64,000 bases of DNA from Lama guanicoe (taxonomy: Eukaryota). This document shows, in pieces, positions 1 through 12,820 of the stretch. The stretch is taken from NCBI GenBank assembly GCA_013239625.1, contig MU056050.1:154337-218336 (forward strand), in the 5' to 3' direction. Numbering within the stretch: the first letter of the stretch is position 1; each line of letters begins with the position of its first letter. Below the pieces are notes generated by a model. It made no database searches and had not been told where the DNA came from. It saw only the letters and a list, made by a program, of their open reading frames with translations. The position numbers and the translations under genes are program-made.

Positions 1-3000
1 TCTCCATCTTCTTGATACTGCAAAGCCTGCCTCCCATACCCCTGCTTGTTTACTCTTTCCAAGTGCAAACCCTGTGTGGCCCTGTGTGACATGCAGTGTC
101 CTCCCCCTTCAGGCTGTGAGTATATGTGACTAATAAACTGCTGTCCATTTCATCTGTCCAGTGTTGTGTACGTGGTCATCCCCATAGCCCTAGGGCAGGA
201 TCCCTCCCTCAACAATGGTGTGAAGAGGAGGTGATCAAAACAATTGGCGTCATGAACAGGATGGACCAACCATGACCCAGGACAGCTGGTCAGCTTTAAT
301 TAACTGCTCAGGCTAATTAACTGACTCCATGATATGACAAATGCTATCTTGGACAGAACTGCCAGTTACTGGTGGACTTGTGCTTTGGCTTGCAAGGCAC
401 TGTGTGTGGTCTTTGCTAGGTATTGCAATCTCTTCCCACTTTGAATGCTCTAATCCTCAAGATAAGAATTACTGCTAATTGACTATATCCCATCATGGTT
501 TTGACCTGTGTTTGGCAGCTGGTCTCTGAGGCTCCTGCCTGTGCAGGCAGCACACACAGATTCCTAACCAGTTGGCACTTGAGGTGCAGTTACCAAGGGT
601 GGAGCTATAGCTTTCTGATCACTTTGTCTAGCCTGGTTACTGTCACTGGCTGCTTGAACAGCTGTAACATACCTTGTTGATGGTTGTGTGCTACTAGGAC
701 AGACCCAGGGACACCTCTGTGAGGCTAGTGGAAAGGAAGGAGACCATCATCTTGGGGAGAATTAAGCTGACTATTAGTTGCCTAACAGTCACTGTTATTC
801 AGGTAAGGAGAACATTCTTGCTCATCTCCTGTACTGCTGCTTCCTTTGCGGCTGTCATGTATGCTCTCCTAACCCCCAAAGGTATTCAGGTAGACATCTA
901 TGGTGGCCCATGGCCCAGGCATCAATGATTTTAAAAATGGGAAGGAGTATTTCATACCTAATTGCTCTCCCAATGCATAACTCCTAACCAATGTGCCTGG
1001 GTTTTGCCTAACGCTGCTGCTTACCAGTGCATCAAAAGTCCTAATCTTGCAATCACAGAGCTTGATGAATTCCATTTAGGCTATAGACAAAATGATCTTA
1101 CTGGATGTGGACCTCAACCCATAACCATCAAGAAAGTCCACATCACTGATGACTGGGCAGAGAGAGAAACTGAAAGCAGTGGCTTCACATGGCTAGAAAT
1201 CTAAACTGTTATGAGGGAATTTTTAGAGAAAGAAAAGGGTGGGGAAGGGAAGCCCCTGCAGGGGAAAGAGTCGGGCTGTAGCACACTTGTGGACCCAATG
1301 ATCTTCTTTTACACCACTCTGCTGCTCATGCCTCCTGTGGGACAAAGAGCTCCATTCTCAGGGTTGCAGGAAAAACATTACATTGAAACAAAGGTCCACA
1401 ATTGGACACAATTGGAAATACAAAATGTACTAAAATAATTCATACAGCAAAAAGACAAAAGGGCACTTTTGCACCTCTACAACATAGGCTCTGAATTAAC
1501 TTCAACATTTGCAGCTGAAATGCACCAACTGGCAAATGTTCATGGAGTTAGTCAATACTAAGGCTCAGATTACAGTTATACCTGGGGACCCATTAAATTA
1601 AAACAAGGTACTCTCCATAATCTTAAGGGAGTTACTGAATGTAAAATAGAGGACAAATAGGTATGCTTCACCTTAACCATCAGAATTACCATTTTGCCTA
1701 TATTCCCCATTGTCATAGCACTCACTATCCTAAAATATCCCATAGTGGGCATGGACATTCTGACCCAATGAATAATAAATTAAAATTAAATAAAGTCTTT
1801 GGCATTTACAAATTGCCTTAACTAAACGAGGTGCCATGGATTCCCCTGTTAAAATAGTTAATATGACCTAATGTAACTTGAAACAGAGACTTCAAAGATT
1901 AAAACTTATATATAAGACCTAATTAGTGAAGGGGTGATTATCTCCACTGCTCCTTCATTTGACGTCCCAATTTGGCCTGTTCTTAAACCTGGAAAGAATG
2001 AATGGTGCCTCACAGGAGATAACTACAACCTCAATGCTGTGGTTTCATCCACTAAGGCCCTACACCAAATATTGTAATTACTGACTCTCTCCAACTGGTA
2101 AATATTTTGCTATTATAGATTTGGATAGTATATTCTGTTCAGTGTCTATTTCAGTAGCTTCTCAACTGCTGTTTGGCTTCACCTCTGAAAGGACACAATA
2201 TACCTTTACTAGGGTGTATTTACTAGGGTACCACAGCAACCTTGCCGTCACACACCAGATCCCAACTGCATCCACCTTTCTCTAGGAACACAGATATGAC
2301 ATTACCACAATAACATACTCCTCCAAGAAGATTGATTTGACACACTTATTGAGGACATACAAATAACTCACAAAGGCACTCACAAAAAGAGGATAGACCA
2401 TTGCTCCAAACATAAGGCAAGACCACCTCTGTTACATTTCTGAAAATTCTTTGATAAACTGAGAGCTATATCATCTCTGACATGTCTTAAACAGCTATTG
2501 ACCTTCTAAGTGCCAACAATATTAATACAAGTTCAACAGCTTTGAGGGTTGGGGTTTTCTTTTTTGCTTTTTTTGTTTTGTTTTGTTTTGTTTTTGGTTC
2601 TGGAGGCATCACATTCTTCATCTACAAATTTTACTTTATATCACTGATGCATTACTTGCGAACTGGCCCATCTTGAATAGGGCCTTCTCCAGCAAAAAGC
2701 TCTAGAATCTGTCAAATTGAAATCAACAAGCACTTCTGTTAGTTCCCTCAGAGACTCCTTCATTGTAGCTTAGCAACATCCTTTCATGCCTCCTGGAATC
2801 TCTAGGCCACCTACGATGACTATAAATTAAGTTGTCCATAGGCTTCTGATGCAAGAAGCATCATAGCCCTATACTACATACCATCAGGGCAACAACTGAT
2901 GGCCACATACCAAGATCTTCTGAAAATCAAGGTTCTCACAGTCCCTGAGCTTGTGACCTTTTATACCTAACTGCCCATTATGCCTTGGGTCATGGAAGCA

Positions 3001-4525
3001 GCACCCCACAAGCATATCACAGCTAATGAGGTCTCCTTGCCACTGGATGGAGCCAAACCTGGCTACAAGAGGGGTGGCCTCCTCTATCTTCAGTCACTTG
3101 CCAGATATCATGATGCTAGTCTCCCAAACTCTTGGCAACCTGGGGACTCCCTTAGGATCAACCAGGTGACCAATAATGGGTGTTCATACACTTTATGGAT
3201 GGCATCACACCACCATGCTTGATAGAGTTCAATAGGATGTTGCTGTTTTTCATCCCTTAACCAGAATGTCTCTGAAAAGGATGGTACACAAGAGTCAGCA
3301 AAATTGGCCACACTTCAGGTAATCATTTTAACATTGGATACCCTGGCCAACAAATAGTCTCATCTGTACATTTTTACAAACTCTTGGGCCATTGCCTTAG
3401 AGTTGCCCCCTTTGAGATAAAGAACTCTGGGAATCTCTTGATCCATAGATACCGAAAATATAAATCAAGGTCACAAATGTCTCTACATATACTAAGGCCA
3501 CAATACAAGGCCTTACCAGGATGCTTCTTATTTCCTTTGGAGTTGTAGACATCAGTGATAGTGACAAAGGTACTCATTTCACTTTTCAGAATACACAATG
3601 CTGGCTCTTAAGGAAGGCATTCAGTGGAACTTCCACCCTTCCTATGGGCCCCAGGAAGTTGGTTTGAGTGAAAGGCAAACTGAGCTCCTCAGAGAGCGCT
3701 TATTAAAGTCACAAAGTGGCAAATGGACCCCCACTGGGTGTCACTATTGCCACAGGCATTGATTAGTCTAAATTCATGCCTTCTGGGGACATGTACTCCC
3801 TGCACCAATGCCACACAGATCCCTCAACTGCCTTTATTGTCCACCAAGGGGGACACCTCTAAAGTTAATGTTTTTTGATGATCTCTTCACCATGTGGCCC
3901 TCTTTCTCCTGGTCAAGTTCCTACTTCACTTCCTAGGGAGGCACTTTTCCTATCCCTAAAAGTCTCAGTCATGATCAAGATTTAAATTGATATCAAGATT
4001 CAAGAGGTCAGCTGTGATGTAAATCGTAAAATTAATATTGAGTGCTGCCTTGACAGCTGGTAAAATCAGGAAGGCCTCAAGTAGACTAAATCCAAGTTCC
4101 CCTCCTCACTCTGTTCCTATGGATGATAAGGTCCCCTAGCCAAAAACTTCTCCTTCTCATGGGAATCAGGAATAGTTCCTACTTAACCCTGAATAGCATG
4201 CCTCAGTTCCCTGTCAGCCCATGGAATTATTCAAACAAGCCAATCACATCCTTCTGTGGGACCTGAGAGTCAAGGCATACTCTTGATACTACAAAGTCTG
4301 ACTCCTTCAGACCCTCTTTGTTCACCCTGTTCCCAAGTGCAAACCCCTTGTGGCCCTGCATGGCATGCATTGTCCTCTTTCCCTGGGCTGTGTGTATATG
4401 TGACTAATAAACTGCTGTCCATTTCATCTGTCCAGTGTTGGATGTTGTATGTTCAGCCATCTCCATAACCTTAGGTTGGGGAATCCATCCTTCACCAATG
4501 GAATGAAGAGGTGGTGCTCAAACCA
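1..4525 (+). mobile_element. Degraded two-LTR class III (ERV-L/S-like) provirus with MER54-like LTRs
   Basis: 3' part of the 5'LTR at 1-242 is homologous to the 3'LTR at 4013-4525. PBS at 245-262. Decayed RT motifs near 1930-2150 (PIWPVLKPGKNEW, YFAIIDL) and integrase motifs near 3550-3680 (DSDKGTHF, GIQWNFH), with many stops and frameshifts. Confidence 0.88.
4013..4525 (+). mobile_element. 3' LTR (MER54-like)
   Basis: TG...CA ends, AATAAA near 4406, repeats positions 1-242. Confidence 0.85.
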
Positions 4526-6600
4526 AGAAGTCATAAAGAAAAAATACATTTATATTGTCTTTTATACTTATCTATGTATTTCAATTTAGCAATTTCTTTT
4601 TTTTCATGTAGATTTAAGTTGCTATCTAGTGTTCTTTCATTTAAGCCTAAAAATATCACTTCAGTATTTTTTGTAGGGAAGATTTACCAACAATAAATTC
4701 TCTTAGTTTTTATCTCCTTCATTTTTGAAGAAAAGTTTTACTGGATATAGAATTCTTTAGGTAACAGTCTTTTTTCTTTCAGCACTTTTAATGTGTCACC
4801 TTACTGCCTTCTGGCCTCTATAGTTTCTGATGAGAAATTAGCTGTTAATCTTGTTGAGCAACCCTTGTATCAAATGAGTGACTTTTCGCTTGCTTCTTTT
4901 AGGATGATCTCTTTTTCTCTGTCTTTTGACAGTTTGATTATGATGTATCTAGGCGTGGATCTTTTTACATTTACATTTACAAATCCTACTTGGATTTGTT
5001 TAGTCTCTCAGATGTGCATATTCATGTTTCTTTTTAAATGAAACTTGGGAAACTTTCTGGCATTATTTCATCAAATGTACTTTTTGCCCCATTCTTTCTC
5101 TCCTCTCACCCATTGTGTTGATGCTTCACTGTGTCCAACAGGTCTCTCAGGCTCTGTTCATTTTCCTTTTTTCCCTGCTTTGTGCTCCTCAAACTCAAAA
5201 ATCTCAATTGAACTATCTTCAAGTTCATTAATTCTTTATTCTGTCTGCTCAATTCTGTTGTCAAGTTCCTCTAGCGAATTTTTCATTTCAGTTATTATGC
5301 TTTTCAACTCCATACTTTCTATTCCATTCATTTTATAATTTCTATCTCTTTATTGATAATTGGTATTTAGTGAGACATCATTTTCATACTTTGCTTTAGT
5401 TCAGTAGACTTGAGATCCTTTACTTCAGCATATTTAAAACCTCTCATCTAAAGTTTTTGCCCAGTAATTCCAATGTCTGGGCTTTCTCTAGGACAGTTCC
5501 TATTGACTGCTTTTTTCCTGTGTATGAGTCAGTCTTTCTTGTTTCTTTGCATGTCTCGTAATTTTTTCTGAAAACTGGATTTTTCAATAATATAATGCGA
5601 CAACTCCTAAAATTAGATTCTCTCTTATGCCCAGGGTGTTTTATGTTTTGTTTTTCTGTTTGTTTTTGTTATTATTGCTGTTTGTTTGGTTAATGACTTT
5701 TCTGAAGTAATTCTGTAAAGTTTGTATTCTTCATCATATGTCTTTGCTTGGTTAGCTTACTGATCAGCTAATGATTAGATAGTTTTCCTTAAATGCCTGG
5801 AATCAATATCTCCCAGTATTTATTGAGGGGCTCTGTGTTCACTTTGGAGCTTTTAATATTGAGCCAGATAACTTGAAAATCTGTCTTAGCCCTCATTTCC
5901 TGATTACATAGAACCTCAAAATCAGCTGGATGTGAGAACTTTGGGCCTCCTCAGGTTTTTCCTGAGTGTGCACACAGACTCACACATGTGTGTGACTTTC
6001 TAGAGTCCCAGGAATTTGTCAGAGCTTGTCAAAACCCCTATGGGCCTTTCATTCCCCACTTTTCCTTTTGAGCTTTTTGGTAAGCCTATTGTTCCCCACT
6101 GTGTCTAGCAGCAATGATGTTAAATAATTGCCACTTACTATTTTCAGCAAACACCCTCAGGGAAAAGGCTGTTCACACTGGGTGAGCTCTAAGGTCAAAT
6201 AAAAACAAACCTTGTGAATGGTGTCTTCCAGGGAACCATCAGACAGGTCAAACAATGACAACCATATAGGTATAGGGTTTGAAGGAGCTCTAACCCCATT
6301 TTGCCTCTCTAGTGGCTGCCAGGCTTTTGGTTTCCACATTATTGTGGGTTCTCAGTTTTAAAGGCTACTGCAGGGCTGGAGAGAAGGAGATGGGCACAGA
6401 GCAAGTTAAAATGCCACTCAGCTTGCTGTCCTTACCACATTCTAGCTGTTTTTCTTCAACACACACTCTCTGGTTCCTGCAAGCATTTTGTTACTTTCCA
6501 GAGATCTAAAAAAGCAGATTATGACCATTATTAACAGTGTTCTCATTGGCTCTGTGAAAGAGTATTTTCTGAGGTCCTTTCCACTTCATTATTGCTGACA
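4526..6600 (-). mobile_element. Old L1M (L1MC/MD-type) 5'/ORF1 region, antisense
   Basis: Typical antisense ORF1 text (CTGGATATAGAATTCT...CTTCTGGCCTCTATAGTTTCTGATGAGAAA). Confidence 0.7.
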
Positions 6601-6619
6601 TCATTCTAATTAATTCAAC

Positions 6620-6900
6620 TTTGAACCTTTTGAGTTTGAGATATCTGTAGGATATCTAGGTAGAGATATCCAATAGGAAGCTGAGTATATAGATCTGAAG
6701 ATTGCAGGGGGGAATCTGGTATAGAAGATGTAAGAATAATTTAAAACATTGGAGTGGATGAGGTCACACAGGAGGAATCTGTATGATATGAAGAACAGAA
6801 ATCTTAGGAAAGAACTGTAAGGAACAGCAATATTTAAGGGTCATTTAGAGACCGAGAATATTGAGAAGGCCAATCTCAAGAGAGACAAGAGACACCAGAA
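6620..6900 (-). mobile_element. L2 fragment
   Basis: TTTGAGTTTGAGATATCTGTAGGATATCTAGGTAGAGATATCC resembles the L2 3' region. Confidence 0.55.
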
Positions 6901-7286
6901 AAACTTAGATTTGAGAATACATTTCTCATTGACCATGCCATCTGTGGTTTGAAACCCAATGTCATTCCCATCTTGTTTTTTGCTGACATAGAATACCCAG
7001 TGTGTCCATCTAGCTTAGGACTAGCAAGATGCTTAGAACTGCTCCATTCTCCACTCAGGGACAGAGATGCCAGGTCATTTATCAGGTCTATCAGCCTTCA
7101 GTTTGTCTCCTTTGCTGATCTTTTTAGCTCCTACTCAAATCTTGTCTCCTCCATGAAGTCTCCTGACATGAAATGAGAAGAATCAACATGTATCCTTGAT
7201 GCTGGCTCCCTAACATTCTACTTTTTCACCACTATATTTCACTAGGTTCCTTCGCATTTTCATATAAATTTTAGAATCAGCTTGTT

Positions 7287-8598
7287 TTCTTTTTTTTAAT
7301 GTTTTTTATTGATTTATAATCGTTCTACAGTGTTGTGTCAAATTCCAGTGTAAAGCACAATTTTTCAGTTATACATGAACATATATATATTCATTGTCAC
7401 ATTTTTTCTCTTTGAGCTACCATAAGATCTTGTGTATATTTCCCTGTGCTATACAGTATAATTTTGTTTATCTATTCTACAATTTTGAAATCCTGTCTAT
7501 CCCTTCCCACCCTCTGCTCCCTTGGCAACCACAAGTTTGTATTCTATGTCTATGAGTCTATTTCTGTTTTGTATTTATGCTTTGTTTTTTTGTTATTGTT
7601 TTCGTTTTTTTTGTTTTTTTGATTCCACATATGAGCGATCTCATATGGTATTTTTCTTTCTCTTTCTGGCTTACTTCCCTTAGAATGACATTCTCCAGGA
7701 GCATCCATGTTGCCGCAAATGGCGTTATGTTGTCAGTTTTTATGGCTGAGTAGTATTCCATTGTATAAATACACCACATCTTCTTTATCCAGTCATCCAT
7801 TGATGGACATTTAGACGGTCTCCAAAGTATTGAAGGAACTAAAAGAGATAGTGTTTAGAGATATAAAATATGTCAAAAATGAAATCGAAGCTATAAAGAA
7901 GAGCCAAGTAGAATTGGTAAACTCATTGGCTGAGATGAGAATAGATCTAAAGGCTGTGCAAAGCAGACTAGATAATGCAGAGGAACGAATTAGTGACCTA
8001 GAAAGCACCCAATCAGAACAACTGCAAGATAAACAAATAAAAACAAATTAAAGCAACATAAGGGACCTATGGGATAATATAAAGCATGCCAATCTACACA
8101 TAATAGGGGTCCCAGAAGAGGAAGAAAGATCAAAGGGGATTGAAAAGGTTTTTGAAGAAATCATAACTGTAAACTTCCCAAACTTAAAGAAGGAATCAGA
8201 TATCCAAGTACAGGAAGTTCAAAAGGTCCCAAACAGGAAGAACCCAAATAGAGCCACACCAAGACATATCATAATCAAGATGGCCAGAGTCAAGGATAAA
8301 GAAATGATCCTAAAGGCAGCAAGAGAAAAGCAAAGAGTGAGTTACAAGGGAACCCCCATAAGGCTCTCAGCTGATTTCTCTACACAAACACTACAGGCCA
8401 GAAGGGAATGGCAAGATATATTCAAACTCCTGAATGAAAAAAAAAGATGCAGCCTAGGATACTTTATCCAGGAAGGCTATCCTTTAGGATAGAAGGAGAC
8501 ATAAAGAATTTCACAGACAAGAAAAAACTACAAGAGTTTAGCAATACTAAACCCATGCTAAAAGAAATATTGAAAGGTCTACTCTAAATAGAAAAAAA
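7287..8598 (-). mobile_element. Young L1 insertion with 5' inversion (antisense 3' end joined to a sense ORF1 piece)
   Basis: Poly-T, 3'UTR and ORF2 end at 7287-~7815 (ORF 7558..7800 -). ORF1 peptides on + (7830..8051, 8280..8492: PIRLSADFS). TSD AGCTTGTT at 7279-7286 and 8599-8606. Confidence 0.88.
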
Positions 8599-9431
8599 AG
8601 CTTGTTATTTTCTGCAAAAAAAAAAAAGCTGCTGTGATTTTTACTTGGATTGTGCTGAATCTACAGATCAAGTTGGAAAGAAATGACATTTTAAGAATAT
8701 CAAGTACTCTGATACAGTAATATTATATATCTCACAATTTATTTAGATTTTCTTTCATTTCTCTCAGTAATATTTCATACTTTTAAGTGCACAGATCTTC
8801 CACATCTTTTGTCAGCTCATTATGTCAAAATCATTTGATGTTACCATAAGTGGCATAGTTTTCATTTCAATTTTAGGATCTTCAAAGCTGGTATATAGAA
8901 ATATCATTGATTTTTGTATATTGACTTCATATTATGCAACCTTGTTACTCATATATTAGTTCTAATAACTTTTTTGTAGATTCCTTAAGATTTTCTATAC
9001 AGACCATCATGTTGCCTGTGAATAAAGAGTTGTTCCTCCAACCTGTATGTCTTTTTGCCCTTTTTCTTCCCTTATTACATGACCTAGAATCTTTAGTACA
9101 ATGTTGAATAGAAGTCATGAGACCAGACATACTTGCTTCATTATCTTAGGAGAAAATAATTCATTTTTTCACCATTAATTATGATGGTAGCTATAGGTTC
9201 TCCATAGTTGTCTTCATTAGGTTTAGGACGTTCTTTTCTCAGTTTGCTGAGAGATTTTATCAGGAATGGGTGATGGATTTTGCCAAATCTTTTTTTCTGC
9301 ATTTAGTCAGTTAATATGGTGAATTAAAGTGACTGATTTTAAAAAGTTAAAACAACTTTTGATTCCTGGGATAAACAGTAATTTAGTGATTTATTATCTT
9401 TCTTATATATTGCTTGACTCTGTTTGCTAAA
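8599..9431 (-). mobile_element. Old L1M ORF2 fragment, antisense (host of the younger insertions)
   Basis: Continues the L1 text interrupted at 7286; ORF 8945..9130 ends in ENLKESTKKLLELI. Confidence 0.8.
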
Positions 9432-10942
9432 TTTTTTTTATTGTAGCATAGTCAGTTTACAATGTCGTATCAATTTCTGGTGTATGGCATAATAGTTGTC
9501 ATATACATACATACATATATTCATTTTCATATTCTTTTTCATTATAGGTTGCTACAAGATATTGAATATAGTTCCCTGTGCTATACAGAAGAAACTTGTT
9601 ATTTATTTATTTTATACACAGTAGTTAGTATCTGCAAATCTCGAACTCCCAATTTATCCCTTCCCACCTCCTTTCCTCTCTGGTAACCATTAAGTTTGTT
9701 TTCTGTATCTGTGAGTCTGTTTATGTTTTGTAAATAAGTTTGTGTCTTTTTTTTTAGGTTCCACATATAAGTGATATCATATGGTATTTTTCTTTCTCTT
9801 TCTGGCTTACTTCACTTAAAATGATTATCTCCAAGTCCATTCATGTTGCAAAAGGCATTATTTTATTATTTTTTAGGGCTAAGTAGTATTCCATTGTATA
9901 AATATACCACATCTTCTTTATCCAGTCATCTGTTGATGGACATTTAGGTTGCTTCCATATCTTGGCTGTTGTAAATAGTGCTTCTATGAACATTGGCATG
10001 CATGTATCTTTTTGAATTAAAATTCCCTCTGGATATATGCCCAGGAGTGGGATTGCTAGATCATATGGTAAGTCTATTTTTAGTTTTTTTTAAACTTTTT
10101 TTTTATTGAATTATAGTCATTTTACAATATTGTGTCAAATTCCAGTGTAGAGCACACTTTTTCAGTTATACATGAACATACATATATTCATTGTCACATT
10201 TTTTTTCGCTGTGAGCTACCACAAGATCTTGTATATATTTCCCTGTGCTATACAGTATAATCTTGTTTATCTANNNNNNNNNNNNNNNNNNNNNNNNNNN
10301 NNNNNNNNNNNNNNNNNNNNNNNNNNNNGTATCTACAAATTTTGAAATCCCAGTCTGTCCCTTCCCACCCCCCGCCCCCTTGGCAACCACAAGTTTATAT
10401 TCTATGTCTATGAGTCTGTTTCTGTTTTGTATTTATGTTCTTTTTTTTTATGATTCAACATATGAGCGATCTCATATGGTATTTTTCTTTCTCTTTCTGG
10501 CTTACTTCACTTAGAATGACATTCTCTAGGGACATCCATGTTGCTGCAAATGGCATTATGTTGTCATTTTTATGGCTGAATAGTATTCCATTGTATAAAT
10601 ATACCACCTCTTCTTTATCCAGTCATCTGTTGATGGACATTTAGGCTTTTTCCATGTCTTGGCTATTGTAAATAGTGCTGTTATGAACATTGGGGTGCAG
10701 ATGTCTTTTTGAAGTAGGGTTCCTTCTGGATATATGCCCAGGAGCGGGATTCCTGGGTCATATGGTAAGTCTATTCTTAGTCTTTTGAGGAAACTCTATA
10801 CTGTTTTCCACACCAAACTGCATTCCCACCAGAAGTGTAGGAGGGTTCCTTTTTCTCCACATCCTCTCTAGAATTTATCGTTTGTGGATTTTTTAATGAT
10901 GGCCATTCTGACCAGTGTGAGGTGATACCTCATTGTAGTTTT
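9432..10942 (-). mobile_element. Two tandem/nested L1 3' ends (older 9432-~10085, younger ~10086-10942)
   Basis: Two poly-T-headed antisense L1 3'UTRs. Flanking near-duplication GACT(C/T)TGTTTGCTAAA at 9416-9431 and 10943-10958. Confidence 0.82.
10274..10328. other. Assembly gap (N run)
   Basis: Run of n. Confidence 1.
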
Positions 10943-11099
10943 GACTTTGTTTGCTAAAATTTTATTCAAAGGTTTTGTGTCTGTGTTCCTAAAGGGTCTA
11001 GGGTTTTGAGGATTGTCTGCACTTTGCTTTTCTTTTCATGTCTTTGTATGATTGTAGTATCAAGGTCATGCTGGAATAAAGTTGTGCTGTTACTCACTA

Positions 11100-12820
11100 A
11101 ACAGTATAGAAAGACAGAGATGATAAATATGAAAGAAGTTAAAAGTGAAATAAGATAGTATGAGAGTCCAATATACATCTTATTGGAATTTCAGAAAGAG
11201 CAAATTGAAAAAGAATAGTTGAAGAGATGATGGCTGCAAATATCTGAATCCACAGATAATAGGAAACACAATGCAAACCAGGCAGAATAACGAAAAAGAA
11301 CTTCACACCTAGACACACTGTGAAATGCAGACTACCAGAGATGAACAGACCTTAAAAATAGCCAGGGGCATTTTTCTCAAAGAAATGAAAATTTATGTTC
11401 ACACAAAAGCCTGTTACTGGATATTCACAGCAGCTTTTTGGCAAAATATGGTACTGGCCAGATGTCTTTCAATGGGAGAATGGTGAAACAAAGTATTATA
11501 TGTGCATACCATAGAATACTACCAACCAATAAAAAGGAACAAACTATTGATACACACAACTTGGATGAATTTCCAGAGAATTATGTTGAGTAATAAAAGC
11601 CAGTCTCCAAAAGTTACATACTATATGATTACATTCATATAACATCCTTGAAATGACAGCATTATAAAAATGGGGAACAGATTGGTGGTTTCCAAAGATT
11701 AGAGATGGGGGAGGGGGTAAGAGGGAGGTGGGTGAAGTTATAAAAGGGCAACATGAAGGATCCTTGTGGTGTTGGAACTACTTATTATCTTGACTGTGGT
11801 GGTGGATACACAAACCTATACAGGTGATAAAATTGCACAGAACTTAATATAAACTTACATCACAGACATATACACAAAAAATGAATGTGAGTAAAATTGG
11901 GGAAATCTGAATAAGATCAGTGGATATTAGTATCCTAGTTGTGATACCATATTATTATTTTTGCAAAATGTTACCATTGGGAAATTTGACAAAGTATAAA
12001 GTGTATGACTTTGTATTATCTTTTTACAACTGTATGTAAATCTAAAATTATATCAATACAATTTTTAATTTTAAAAAAGTAGCCAGAGAGAAAATACAGA
12101 TCCTCAACAAAGGAAAAACAGACTGTCAGCAGACTTCTCAATAGCAGCAATGAAAATCAGAAGACAGTACAATGCTGTCCTCAAAGGTTCTACAAAAGTC
12201 TGTCAATCCTGAATTGATATCCAGGAAATTTTTTCTTTTGTGCACAATGGTGAAATAAAGGTATTTTCAGACAAGCAAACACTTAGGGAGTTTGTAAAGG
12301 ATGTACTTTAAAAAAAAGTGATATCAGAAAGATGATCTAAATCACAAAAAGAAATAGTGAGAAAGAGTTGATGATCATGTGGGTAAATCCGAACAAACAA
12401 GGCAAAGCAATAATGTATGACTGGTATTTTAAAAAAATAATACAATGAAAATACTAAGCAATAATTGTATGAAAATAAGTAGAGGTTTAGCAAGGTTTCT
12501 GGATACAAAATCAATATACAAAAGTCATTTGTTTTACTCTACTTTCACTAAATAAATAAATTCCTCAAGTACGGGGGCAGAGCAGAAATCCAAAATAGAA
12601 TAAAAACAGAAACAAATGAACCTAATAGTATTTTAAATAAATAACACAACCACTTTAGGGTTTGGGAGTGGAGTGAGAACTAACCCAAGAAACTTTTGAA
12701 CACAATATTTTGACTCTATACCCTAGGCTTAAAAACAAAATAAGTATAAACAAATAGTGTACTCTAGGTAGTGGGTATGTTTTTGGCAGTGGTATAGATT
12801 CAAAATTCTGAAGCTGCTTT
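11100..12820 (+). mobile_element. Old L1 fragments: ORF1 region interrupted by an L1MC-type 3' end (~11366-12078), then an L1MD-like 3' piece
   Basis: L1 3' end text (AATGAAAATTTATGTTCACACAAAAGCCTG...) flanked by duplicated TAGCCAG. Confidence 0.6.
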
